Part shown: in pieces, positions 19,172-26,987 of the stretch
Layout: every line of letters starts with the position of its first letter
Numbering within the stretch: the first letter of the stretch is position 1
Assembly (NCBI GenBank): GCA_964432825.1
Contig: CAYSOX010000005.1
Location: 1,460-65,459, forward strand
DNA length: 64,000 bases
From: an uncultured Lachnospiraceae bacterium
GTDB taxonomy: Bacteria > Bacillota > Clostridia > Christensenellales > UBA1242
Reading direction: 5' to 3'
Notes under the pieces: generated by a model
The model's database searches: none
Told to the model about the DNA's origin: nothing
What the model saw: only the letters and a program-made list of their open reading frames with translations
Translations under genes and position numbers: made by a program

Positions 19172-20578
19172 GTGCCAATATCTTTTGATGGCATACCTGA
19201 GGTAAATAAACAAAATGCCGCTTATTATTATTTTAGAGATGCTCATAATGTTGACGATATTGATAATCTTTGGAATTTGTTTGAAAGGGCATTGAATTAT
19301 GCCAATAACCCAACAGAAGAAAACAAAAGTATAGAATCACAATTTTTTGATATAGTTATCAACAAAAAGGGAAACGCTGTTTCCAAGGTTACAATGGGAC
19401 TTTATTGGATTGCACCAGACACATTTTTGAATTTAGACAATATAAATGAGCGGTATATTTATGAATCTGGAAAGATTCCATCCGATTTTATTAATACTTT
19501 ACCAAGAGTTGAGCATAAAATATCATCACAAAAATATTTCACTATTGTTGAAAAATTAAAAGAATACCTAACGACTGAAAATAATGAAATAAAAGACTTT
19601 AAGGAATTATCTTTCGAAGCATGGAGATATTCGAAAGAAGTGAACGAACAAAAGAAACGAAAACAAATGGATGAAGAAACGAAACATTCTTTGGAAGAAG
19701 ATGAAAAAGAACAAAAATATTCATATACTAAAGATGATTTTCTAAGAGATGTTTATATGACAAATGAATCATATAATAACCTTGTTAGATTATTAGACAA
19801 AAAGAAAAATATAATTTTACAAGGTGCTCCAGGTGTTGGGAAAACTTATATTGCAAAAAGATTAGCATACTCAATGATTGGGGAACAAAATACTCGAAGA
19901 GTTCAAATGGTTCAATTTCACCAAAGTTATTCTTATGAAGATTTTGTTATGGGGTTTAGACCTGCTTCTGCTGAGCGGTTTAAATTGCAGACTGGAGTAT
20001 TCTATAATTTTTGTAAAGAAGCCAAAAAAGATGAAGATAATAAATATTTCTTTATTATAGATGAAATAAATCGTGGTAATTTAAGTAAAATATTCGGTGA
20101 ATTATTTATGCTAATTGAAAAAGATAAAAGGAAACATACTTTTGTACAACTAGTTTACAATAGTGAAAATTTTTCTGTGCCTGAAAATGTATATATCATT
20201 GGAACGATGAATACAGCGGATAGGAGCCTTGCAATGTTAGATTACGCTCTTAGAAGAAGATTTGCATTTTTTAATATTGTCCCCGGTTTTGATACTGAAG
20301 GGTTTAAAAGATATAAAGACACTATAGAAAATCCTAATTTTGGCAATTTAATCAATTGTGTAAAAGAATTAAACGAAGTTATTGCTAAGGATGAAACTCT
20401 TGGAAACGGATTCTGTATTGGTCATAGTTATTTCTGCGATTTAAGTAAAAATATTTCGGATAAAGAATTAATAGATATTGTAGAATTTGAACTTATACCA
20501 CTTATTAACGAATATTGGTTTGATGAAAAAACTAAAGCTGACACTTGGATAGATAAACTAAGGAGTTCCATTAAGTGA
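19172..20578 (+). CDS. mcrB: McrB-family AAA+ GTPase (type IV restriction), main body
   Basis: Walker A LQGAPGVGKTY, Walker B FFIIDEINRGN, and the McrB signature MNTADRSLAMLDYALRRRF. GTGA overlap with mcrC. Confidence 0.85.
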   Translation: MPISFDGIPEVNKQNAAYYYFRDAHNVDDIDNLWNLFERALNYANNPTEENKSIESQFFDIVINKKGNAVSKVTMGLYWIAPDTFLNLDNINERYIYESGKIPSDFINTLPRVEHKISSQKYFTIVEKLKEYLTTENNEIKDFKELSFEAWRYSKEVNEQKKRKQMDEETKHSLEEDEKEQKYSYTKDDFLRDVYMTNESYNNLVRLLDKKKNIILQGAPGVGKTYIAKRLAYSMIGEQNTRRVQMVQFHQSYSYEDFVMGFRPASAERFKLQTGVFYNFCKEAKKDEDNKYFFIIDEINRGNLSKIFGELFMLIEKDKRKHTFVQLVYNSENFSVPENVYIIGTMNTADRSLAMLDYALRRRFAFFNIVPGFDTEGFKRYKDTIENPNFGNLINCVKELNEVIAKDETLGNGFCIGHSYFCDLSKNISDKELIDIVEFELIPLINEYWFDEKTKADTWIDKLRSSIK

Positions 20579-21615
20579 TAAAGAATATTAGAAATATATA
20601 TTATATGCTCTCTTATGCTTTTCAAAATTTACGACAAGGAAGATACAAAACTTGTGAAACAGAAGATTTTGATAATGCGAAGGAGTTGTTTGCAGAAATT
20701 CTAATAAAAGGTATTTCTCAAGAAGTAAAAAGAGGTTTAGGGAAAGGGTGTATTTTAAAACAATCTCAGCTTACTAATCCTAAAGGTAAGTTTAATATAA
20801 CAGAATCAATAAAAAATTCAGCAATTCAAAAACGGCAACTTGTTTGCGAATATGATGAGTTTTCGTTAAATTCATATTTGAATAGAATCATAAAAACAAC
20901 AGTACTGCTATTAATAAAGTCGGATATTTCGCTGGGAAGAAAAAAATCTTTAAAAAGATTAATGATATATTTTAATGAAGTTGAGGAATTAAATCCATTT
21001 ACTATTAACTGGAAAATTCAATTCAATAAAACTAATCAAACCTATAAAATGTTAATTCATATTTGTTGGTTAGTTATTAAAGGATTGATTCAATTAAACA
21101 ACAACGGACAATTCAAAATAAATGATATTATTGATGAACAAGAAATGCATAGACTGTACGAGAAGTTTATTTTGGAGTTCTATAAAAAAGAATGCCCAAA
21201 TTTTAAGGTTTCATCCTCGCAAATAAAATGGGCATTAGATGATAATAATGATATTATGTTGCCAAGAATGCAATCAGATATTATGATTGAAACAAAAGAA
21301 AAAGTTTTAATTATAGATGCAAAATACTATGAACGCCCAACACAAAAACGATTCGATACTGAAACATTACATTCTAATAATTTATATCAAATCTTTACAT
21401 ATGTAAAAAATAAAAGCATTTGTGAAAAGGAAAAGCAGGTTTCTGGAATGCTATTATATGCTAAAATTGACGAAACAGTATATCTAAACAACTCTTATTT
21501 GATGGGCGGAAACAAAATTTCGGTAATGACACTTGATTTGAATTGTGATTTTAAGGAGATAAAACAGCAATTGTTTAAAATAGTACAGGATAGTTTTGGC
21601 ATTATTTATTCATAA
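20575..21615 (+). CDS. mcrC: McrC (5-methylcytosine restriction system nuclease subunit)
   Basis: Translationally coupled to mcrB. PD-(D/E)xK-like DIMIETKEKVLIIDAKYY near the C-terminus. Length and N-terminal region are typical of McrC. Confidence 0.8.
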   Translation: MIKNIRNIYYMLSYAFQNLRQGRYKTCETEDFDNAKELFAEILIKGISQEVKRGLGKGCILKQSQLTNPKGKFNITESIKNSAIQKRQLVCEYDEFSLNSYLNRIIKTTVLLLIKSDISLGRKKSLKRLMIYFNEVEELNPFTINWKIQFNKTNQTYKMLIHICWLVIKGLIQLNNNGQFKINDIIDEQEMHRLYEKFILEFYKKECPNFKVSSSQIKWALDDNNDIMLPRMQSDIMIETKEKVLIIDAKYYERPTQKRFDTETLHSNNLYQIFTYVKNKSICEKEKQVSGMLLYAKIDETVYLNNSYLMGGNKISVMTLDLNCDFKEIKQQLFKIVQDSFGIIYS

Positions 21616-21645
21616 CATAAATGAATTATGTTCTTTAATTGACTT

Positions 21646-21870
21646 TCACTCGCTGAGTGCGAAGTTTAGCAAGTTTTCTATTATTAGGTTTATTGCGGTG
21701 GTGAGGTAGTCTTTTGTGAAAATGAAGTCGGATTTTAGGCTTTGGGGAAGTTTTTTTTCAAAGGATTGCAATTCCTTTTCCACAAGTTCCATTAGTGCTC
21801 GGTGCTTGATGTGGTATTCGGAATCACCGTAATTTATGTCGGAAATGATTTTCGTTATTTTATCATCCAT
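21646..21870 (-). CDS. hypothetical 74-aa helical protein
   Basis: GGAGAA RBS before ATG 21870; the ORF-track start 21912 lacks one. No recognisable family. Confidence 0.5.
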   Translation of the reverse strand: MDDKITKIISDINYGDSEYHIKHRALMELVEKELQSFEKKLPQSLKSDFIFTKDYLTTAINLIIENLLNFALSE

Positions 21871-22068
21871 TTTGTTTTCTCCATTTATTGTAGTATGGCT
21901 AAAATATGGCAAATTATATAACTCACAGTTTATAATGCTAACTACCAGTTAACATTATATCACAAAAACATAAACTGACAAACAATTATTAATAATGTTA
22001 ATTATAATATTTTTTAAAATTTGAATTAAAATAATATCATACAAAAGAGAATTTTGGATGGTATACAA

Positions 22069-22398
22069 ATGACAAATAAAGAAATAACAGATAAAAGAAA
22101 ATATTTAATTAACAGGATTGGCATATTTAGAAATAGAGCCAATTTATCTGCAAGAGAACTATCGTTAACTATAGACAAATCTCCGGTTTATATATCCAAG
22201 TTTGAAAATGGAGATTTTAGCATGCCGGCAGAAGTGTTATTGGATGTAATTGATGTGTGTGGAATTGGTTATGAAGAGTTTTTTAGTGAGAACTTAACCG
22301 ACTATGCAAAAGATAAAGAATGTCTAGACGAGTTTAGAAAGTTGTCTGCAAAAAGCAAGGAGACGATAATTAATTTGATGAGAGAAATGAAGGGGTAA
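22069..22398 (+). CDS. XRE-family helix-turn-helix regulator
   Basis: HTH_3-like RNRANLSARELSLTIDKSPVYISKFENGD. Divergent from the 74-aa ORF. Confidence 0.75.
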   Translation: MTNKEITDKRKYLINRIGIFRNRANLSARELSLTIDKSPVYISKFENGDFSMPAEVLLDVIDVCGIGYEEFFSENLTDYAKDKECLDEFRKLSAKSKETIINLMREMKG

Positions 22399-22808
22399 AA
22401 TTAAAATATTCATTATTAGTCAGTCGAGGATTTTTGTGTAAAAATGTGGGGAAGGAATGCGGTGAATGGCTAATATTACATAATTCCCAATTGCTTTTTT
22501 GAAGTTTAAATTCGTAATGCTATTGAGCATTGTTCTGCTGTAAAGTTTCGAAATTCTGTGTAAAAATAAGGTGCTATGTAACACATAATACCTATTACGC
22601 GTGCTTTAATGACACCCCTAAAAGCCCAAGTAAAATCATTTTTATGTGGGGGTGGTTTTTAATCGAAACGCTTTTTTAAATGTTGGTTGAATAGTTTTTC
22701 GCCAACAAGTTTTTTTAAGCCCATAAATTTTTTAATAGGAAGTGTTAAGCAATTTTAAGCGTTATGTTTAAATAATGAAAAATATTTTTTAAAAAGTTGT
22801 TTAAAGTC

Positions 22809-22837
22809 TTGACAAATTAGATATTGTGGTATATAAT
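22809..22837 (+). promoter_or_regulatory. consensus sigma-A promoter of rplJ-rplL
   Basis: TTGACA (22809-22814), 17-nt spacer, TATAAT (22832-22837). Confidence 0.75.
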
Positions 22838-22844
22838 TTCCAGC

Positions 22845-23005
22845 GTAAATGAATAATATTCTAGTACCGAAGACGGCAAGTGATAAGTTTTTATCGTAAA
22901 TCTTGCTTAGGAACTAAATTAATAGGGTATAGATTGGTTAATATTCTAGAGATTGTGTTCCTCGATGCAACTCTAGAATTTTTATTTGTTTTTCAAATAA
23001 CGAGG
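22845..23005 (+). promoter_or_regulatory. ribosomal protein L10 leader (autoregulatory attenuator)
   Basis: A roughly 160-nt structured 5' UTR immediately upstream of rplJ. It has a terminator hairpin ATTCTAGAG...CTCTAGAAT plus a T run (22943-22985) and an upstream competing ATTCTAG segment (22855-22869). Position and architecture match the Firmicute L10 leader. Confidence 0.6.
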
Positions 23006-23013
23006 AGGTAATT

Positions 23014-23499
23014 ATGTCAGAAAATAGAGAGTTAAAAAACGGCATTGTTGCTGAAATTAAGGACCGTATTCAAAACGCTAAGTCTGTTGTTTTGGTAGAC
23101 TACAAAGGTCTTACTGTTGAACAAGACACTGCTCTAAGAAATAAGTTTAGAGAAAGCGGTTGCGAATATAGAGTTTACAAAAATCGTCTTATCAAGATTG
23201 CTTTAGACGAACTTGGAATCAAGTTGGATTCAAAGCATTTTGACGGACCAACAGCACTTGCAACAAGTGCTACAGAAGTTGTTGCTCCAGCAAAGATTGT
23301 TTTTGATGGAGAAAAAGACTACAAGGTAATGAAGGCTAAGTGCGGATACATTGAAGGTAAGGCTATGGAATATGATGAAGTTAAGACAATTGCTTCAATC
23401 CCATCAAAAGAAGTGCTTATCGCTCAATTGCTTGGTATGTTACAAAATCCAATTCGCTCACTTGCAGTTGTTTTGGATCAAGTTGCTCAAAAGGGCTAA
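23014..23499 (+). CDS. rplJ: 50S ribosomal protein L10
   Basis: GAGGAGG RBS. L10-like sequence (VVLVDYKGLTVEQDTALR). Confidence 0.95.
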   Translation: MSENRELKNGIVAEIKDRIQNAKSVVLVDYKGLTVEQDTALRNKFRESGCEYRVYKNRLIKIALDELGIKLDSKHFDGPTALATSATEVVAPAKIVFDGEKDYKVMKAKCGYIEGKAMEYDEVKTIASIPSKEVLIAQLLGMLQNPIRSLAVVLDQVAQKG

Positions 23500-23538
23500 A
23501 AATTAAAAATTTAAAATTTATTTAAAAGGAGAATTAAA

Positions 23539-23910
23539 ATGGCTGATATTAAGAAGATATTAGACGAAATTAAAGAACTTACAGTTGTTGAACTAAACGA
23601 TTTAGTAAAATCATTAGAGGAAGAATTTGGTGTTAGTGCTGCTGCTATGGCAGTTGCTGCTCCTGCTGCTGGTGGTGCTGCTGCCGCTGCTGAAGAAAAG
23701 AGTGAATTCAATGTTGAATTAACCGAAGTTGGCGCAAACAAGATTGCAGTTATCAAGGTAGTTAGAGAAATCACTGGTCTTGGACTAGGTGAAGCAAAGG
23801 CATTAGTTGATGGTGCTCCAAAGGTTATCAAGGAAAATGTTGAAAAGGCTGCTGCTGATGAAATGGTAGCTAAGTTCAAAGAAGCTGGCGCAACTATTAC
23901 TCTTAAGTAG
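23539..23910 (+). CDS. rplL: 50S ribosomal protein L7/L12
   Basis: Ala-rich hinge, then the C-terminal domain [27 protein letters not shown]. Confidence 0.95.
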   Translation: MADIKKILDEIKELTVVELNDLVKSLEEEFGVSAAAMAVAAPAAGGAAAAAEEKSEFNVELTEVGANKIAVIKVVREITGLGLGEAKALVDGAPKVIKENVEKAAADEMVAKFKEAGATITLK

Positions 23911-23981
23911 TGATTATCCCGCCCGCTAACGGATGGTCGGAACAAGGTATCCGTACCTTTGTTCATCATTTATATTAAAAA

Positions 23982-24040
23982 TCCCAAAACAGAACCCCAA
24001 TGTAAAATACTTTGAGAATCTGTTTTGGGACTTTTTATTT
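23982..24040 (+). terminator. intrinsic terminator after rplL
   Basis: Stem CCCAAAACAGA/TCTGTTTTGGG with a long loop, followed by CTTTTTATTT. Confidence 0.6.
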
Positions 24041-24127
24041 CCAAAATAAACAAATTTCCTATCTCCCGTTGTGGAAATGAAGATGCAATATTAAAGATTT
24101 TGTAGGGGGCGGGTACTACCCGTCACG

Positions 24128-24155
24128 CACATTGCCCATCTGGGCAATGCTTTTG
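24128..24155 (+). terminator. second GC-rich hairpin plus T run
   Basis: CATTGCCC-ATCT-GGGCAATG followed by CTTTTG. Confidence 0.5.
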
Positions 24156-24536
24156 TGCTAACAACAAAAATATTTTATGTTGTACAGAATTAAATTACAG
24201 CGAACTACACCAGCAGGTTTGTTTGGATTTTTGATGAAAATTAAAAAGAATGGGTTTTTATAAAAATTTCTTCTGAAGTATCAAGGTGTTAAACCTTAAT
24301 TTATCTTTTACCGTGGCACTTTCCAGTAGATTTGCTTGAATAAAAAAAACACCCAACACAGGTTTTCGAACTTAGGTGACTATGTTGGGGTTCTATTTTT
24401 GGGTGTTTTAAATCAAAAGGTAAGCAATGGTGCGGATAATTTATTCCGCTTGCGGGGGTAGAGTAGACGGAATGTTATGCCAATCCGGTAGGCGGGCGGA
24501 ATATTTTGTCCATAAAAGGGTGGTCGCAGTGAAATC

Positions 24537-24830
24537 CTATTTTGGTAAATAGGTCCCGCATTCGGCGGAGTTGTCCTCGCGAAGTACGGAAATACCGTTT
24601 GCCAAACATTTCCCGCTTTTGTTGAATAAACATTTCGCCTCGCAAAGAACTTCCACACTTGGGCGAACCAAGGGTTGGGCAATTTCGTCACTGAATTCGG
24701 CTTTAGAATTGTCTTTTGTGGGGGTATAGGTTGCGCAAGTTGAAGTTTTTGTGATAATTATATGCCGAGCATTACAATTACAATTTTTGTTAAATTCACA
24801 TTTCCCGCATTTACATTTTAAATCTACCAT
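24537..24830 (-). CDS. DUF1540 domain protein (two Cys-rich repeats)
   Basis: CKCGKCEFNKNCNCNA...STCATY and CEAKCLFNKSGKCLA...AECGTY match the duplicated DUF1540 pattern of spore formers. Confidence 0.75.
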   Translation of the reverse strand: MVDLKCKCGKCEFNKNCNCNARHIIITKTSTCATYTPTKDNSKAEFSDEIAQPLVRPSVEVLCEAKCLFNKSGKCLANGISVLREDNSAECGTYLPK

Positions 24831-24858
24831 AAATTTCTCTCCTTATGCTGTTATTATT

Positions 24859-25210
24859 GCCAAAGTGTGAAATTTTAATACATAATGAAAATGGCAGTTG
24901 GTAGTTGCAAAACACAAAATGTTAGTTATTGTTTCTGAGACTAAAAGTATAATATATGTGGGTGGTTGTCGTTTTTGAAACTTAAAGTATAATACACCTT
25001 GTTAAGCGGTATTGCCAAAAACAAAGTACAATATGAGTTGAATGTTGTTCCTGAGGCGGAAAATAAAATGCAATGATTATTTTTATTCTTGCCAAATACA
25101 AAAACACAATACGAGTTAATGCTTGTTGTTGCCGAAACGGGAAAATCAATATGAGGTAATGATTATTATTGCTAAAGATGAAAATATAATACATAAGAAT
25201 TGTTGACAAA
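24859..25210. repeat. about 9 degenerate tandem units, settling to an exact 40-bp period, that run into the rplI promoter
   Basis: Units start at 25014, 25051, 25091, 25131 and 25171. Consensus is GCCnAAAnnnAAAAnnAATAnGAGnTAATGnTTnTTnTT. Earlier units are more decayed. Confidence 0.6.
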
Positions 25211-25232
25211 CTAAACAAAGTTTTGTTAAAAT
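25203..25232 (+). promoter_or_regulatory. sigma-A promoter of rplI
   Basis: TTGACA (25203-25208), 18-nt spacer, TAAAAT (25227-25232), then GAGGAG RBS. Confidence 0.55.
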
Positions 25233-25252
25233 AAATGCAAGAGGAGTTTATT

Positions 25253-25696
25253 ATGAAGGTAATTTTAAAAAAGCAAGTTAAAAATGTAGGAAAGGCAGGG
25301 GATGTCGTAAATGTTTCAGACGGCTATGCAAGGAATTTCTTGTTTAAACAAGGTTTGGCAGTAGAGGCAAATGCTGTAAATATGAATGTTAACACGCAAG
25401 CAAAACAATCGGAAGAGCGTGCAAAAAACATTGAAAAAGCCGAATGCATTAAGATTGCGGAAAAGTTGAAGGATATTACTGTAACAATTGGTATGGCAAC
25501 GGGCAAAAACGGGCAACTTTTTGGTGCGGTAACAAATAAAGAAATAAGCGAAGAATTGCAAAAACTAGGTTACACAATCGATAAAAAGAAGATAGTGGTA
25601 ACACAACCTATTAAGGCTCTTGGAAACTTCGAGGTCACAATAAAACTATTTCCAGAAGTCGTTTGCAAATTAAAAGTAGAAGTTAAAGAAAATTAG
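25253..25696 (+). CDS. rplI: 50S ribosomal protein L9
   Basis: [39 protein letters not shown] before ATG 25253. Confidence 0.95.
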   Translation: MKVILKKQVKNVGKAGDVVNVSDGYARNFLFKQGLAVEANAVNMNVNTQAKQSEERAKNIEKAECIKIAEKLKDITVTIGMATGKNGQLFGAVTNKEISEELQKLGYTIDKKKIVVTQPIKALGNFEVTIKLFPEVVCKLKVEVKEN

Positions 25697-25767
25697 TTGT
25701 TAAAATGCACTAATATTTGGTAAAATAAGGTATGTAAAATGCTACCTTATTTTTTATTAGGAGAGTT

Positions 25768-26856
25768 ATGGATACATTAAAGTCGGTTTTAAAAGATTTT
25801 GGGATAGAGAATGTACAAAATATCACGCCGTTTGGGAGTGGGCTTATCAATTCGTCCTTTAAAGTGGTTGCGGAGAATGGCAAAAGTTATTTATTGCAGA
25901 AATTAAATGCTGTGGCACTTACTAATATAGATATTGTTTTGCAAAACATTGAAAATATAGGCGAGTTTTTAACGACCAAAAACGAGACTTGTTTAAAACT
26001 ATTTAAAACCAAAAATGGTGAAAATTGTATTAAAAGTGGTGGTTCGGTATATAGGCTATATCCATTTATTGAAAATTCTAGAAGTTATGATTTTTCAACC
26101 TCATTTAAAGTGATTAGTGAAGTCGCTTTTGGTTTCGGTAGATTTGATAGGATTTTAAAGGATTTGCCAGAGGGTAAAGTCAAAATTAGTGACGAAGGAT
26201 TTCATAATACAAGACTAAAGTTTGAGATATTAAAGCAAGCAATTCAAGAAAATCGGGCAAAACGCCTTGCAGAATTACAGCCCGAAATTGAAGGGGTGAA
26301 TGACCTTTTGGAATTTGCTAAGTCAAAAAATATAGACTTGTTTGAAATTTCAAACTTGATGGAAAGAGGAGCATTGCCTATTCAAGTTGTTCATAATGAT
26401 ACCAAATTAAACAACTGCTTATTAGATAGTGAAGATAATTATCTTTGTGTTGTGGATTTGGATACGGCAATGCCCGGCCTTGTTATGAATGATTTTGGTG
26501 ATGGTATCCGATATATTGCGAATAAAACTACTGAAGATGATGAAAATTTACAAAATGTTGGAGTAAATCTATCTTCTTATGAGGCATTTACAAGAGGATT
26601 TTTAAAAGGTTTGGGTCAAAATTTGACCAAAGAAGAGGAGAGGCTTTTTGTTCTTTCGCCTATTAGTATAGCATTTGAGTTGGGGTGTAGGTTCTTAACC
26701 GATTATTTAAATGGAGATATCTTTTTTAAAGTTGAAGAAGATAGAAAAGAATTGAATTTGATTCGTGCAAGGGTTCAATTTGCATATTGCAAGTCGCTAA
26801 TTGAAAATATATCCGAAGAAAGGATTATTTTTGATAAGATAAATAATAAAAATTAA
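25768..26856 (+). CDS. APH-fold sugar kinase, N-acetylhexosamine 1-kinase (NahK/LnpB)-like
   Basis: VVHNDTKLNNCLLD, VVDLDTAMPG and FLTDYLNGDIFF closely parallel Bifidobacterium NahK motifs (VTHNDTKLNN, IDLDTIMPG, FLADYLEGDIYF). Confidence 0.7.
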   Translation: MDTLKSVLKDFGIENVQNITPFGSGLINSSFKVVAENGKSYLLQKLNAVALTNIDIVLQNIENIGEFLTTKNETCLKLFKTKNGENCIKSGGSVYRLYPFIENSRSYDFSTSFKVISEVAFGFGRFDRILKDLPEGKVKISDEGFHNTRLKFEILKQAIQENRAKRLAELQPEIEGVNDLLEFAKSKNIDLFEISNLMERGALPIQVVHNDTKLNNCLLDSEDNYLCVVDLDTAMPGLVMNDFGDGIRYIANKTTEDDENLQNVGVNLSSYEAFTRGFLKGLGQNLTKEEERLFVLSPISIAFELGCRFLTDYLNGDIFFKVEEDRKELNLIRARVQFAYCKSLIENISEERIIFDKINNKN

Positions 26857-26987
26857 ACATTTTAAGAATTTTGGTGTTCAATTTTTGTTTGTTTTATTTG
26901 TAAGGAAGGGATTTTTGCTTTACAAATGAATTTTTGTATGAATAAAAAATGGATATACTTTGAGTTTTACAAAAAAAGGAAGTTGTT

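Noticed and set aside
18740-22735. Possible target-site duplication flanking the McrBC island (AAAGCCCAAATT near 18746 and TAAGCCCATAAATT near 22719)
   Set aside because: It is imperfect and short in AT-rich sequence, which is not enough to call island boundaries.
23511-23969. 152-aa minus-strand ORF
   Set aside because: It is entirely antisense to rplL. The Ala/Ser-rich product is the mirror of the L7/L12 Ala-rich hinge, a typical shadow ORF.
24413-24691. 92-aa minus-strand ORF overlapping the DUF1540 gene
   Set aside because: It overlaps the well-supported DUF1540 CDS out of frame, has no RBS, and its Pro/Arg-rich composition comes from the local GC-rich patch.
24982-25218. 78-aa minus-strand ORF
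   Set aside because: It lies wholly inside the 40-bp repeat array, has a low-complexity hydrophobic product, and has no RBS.
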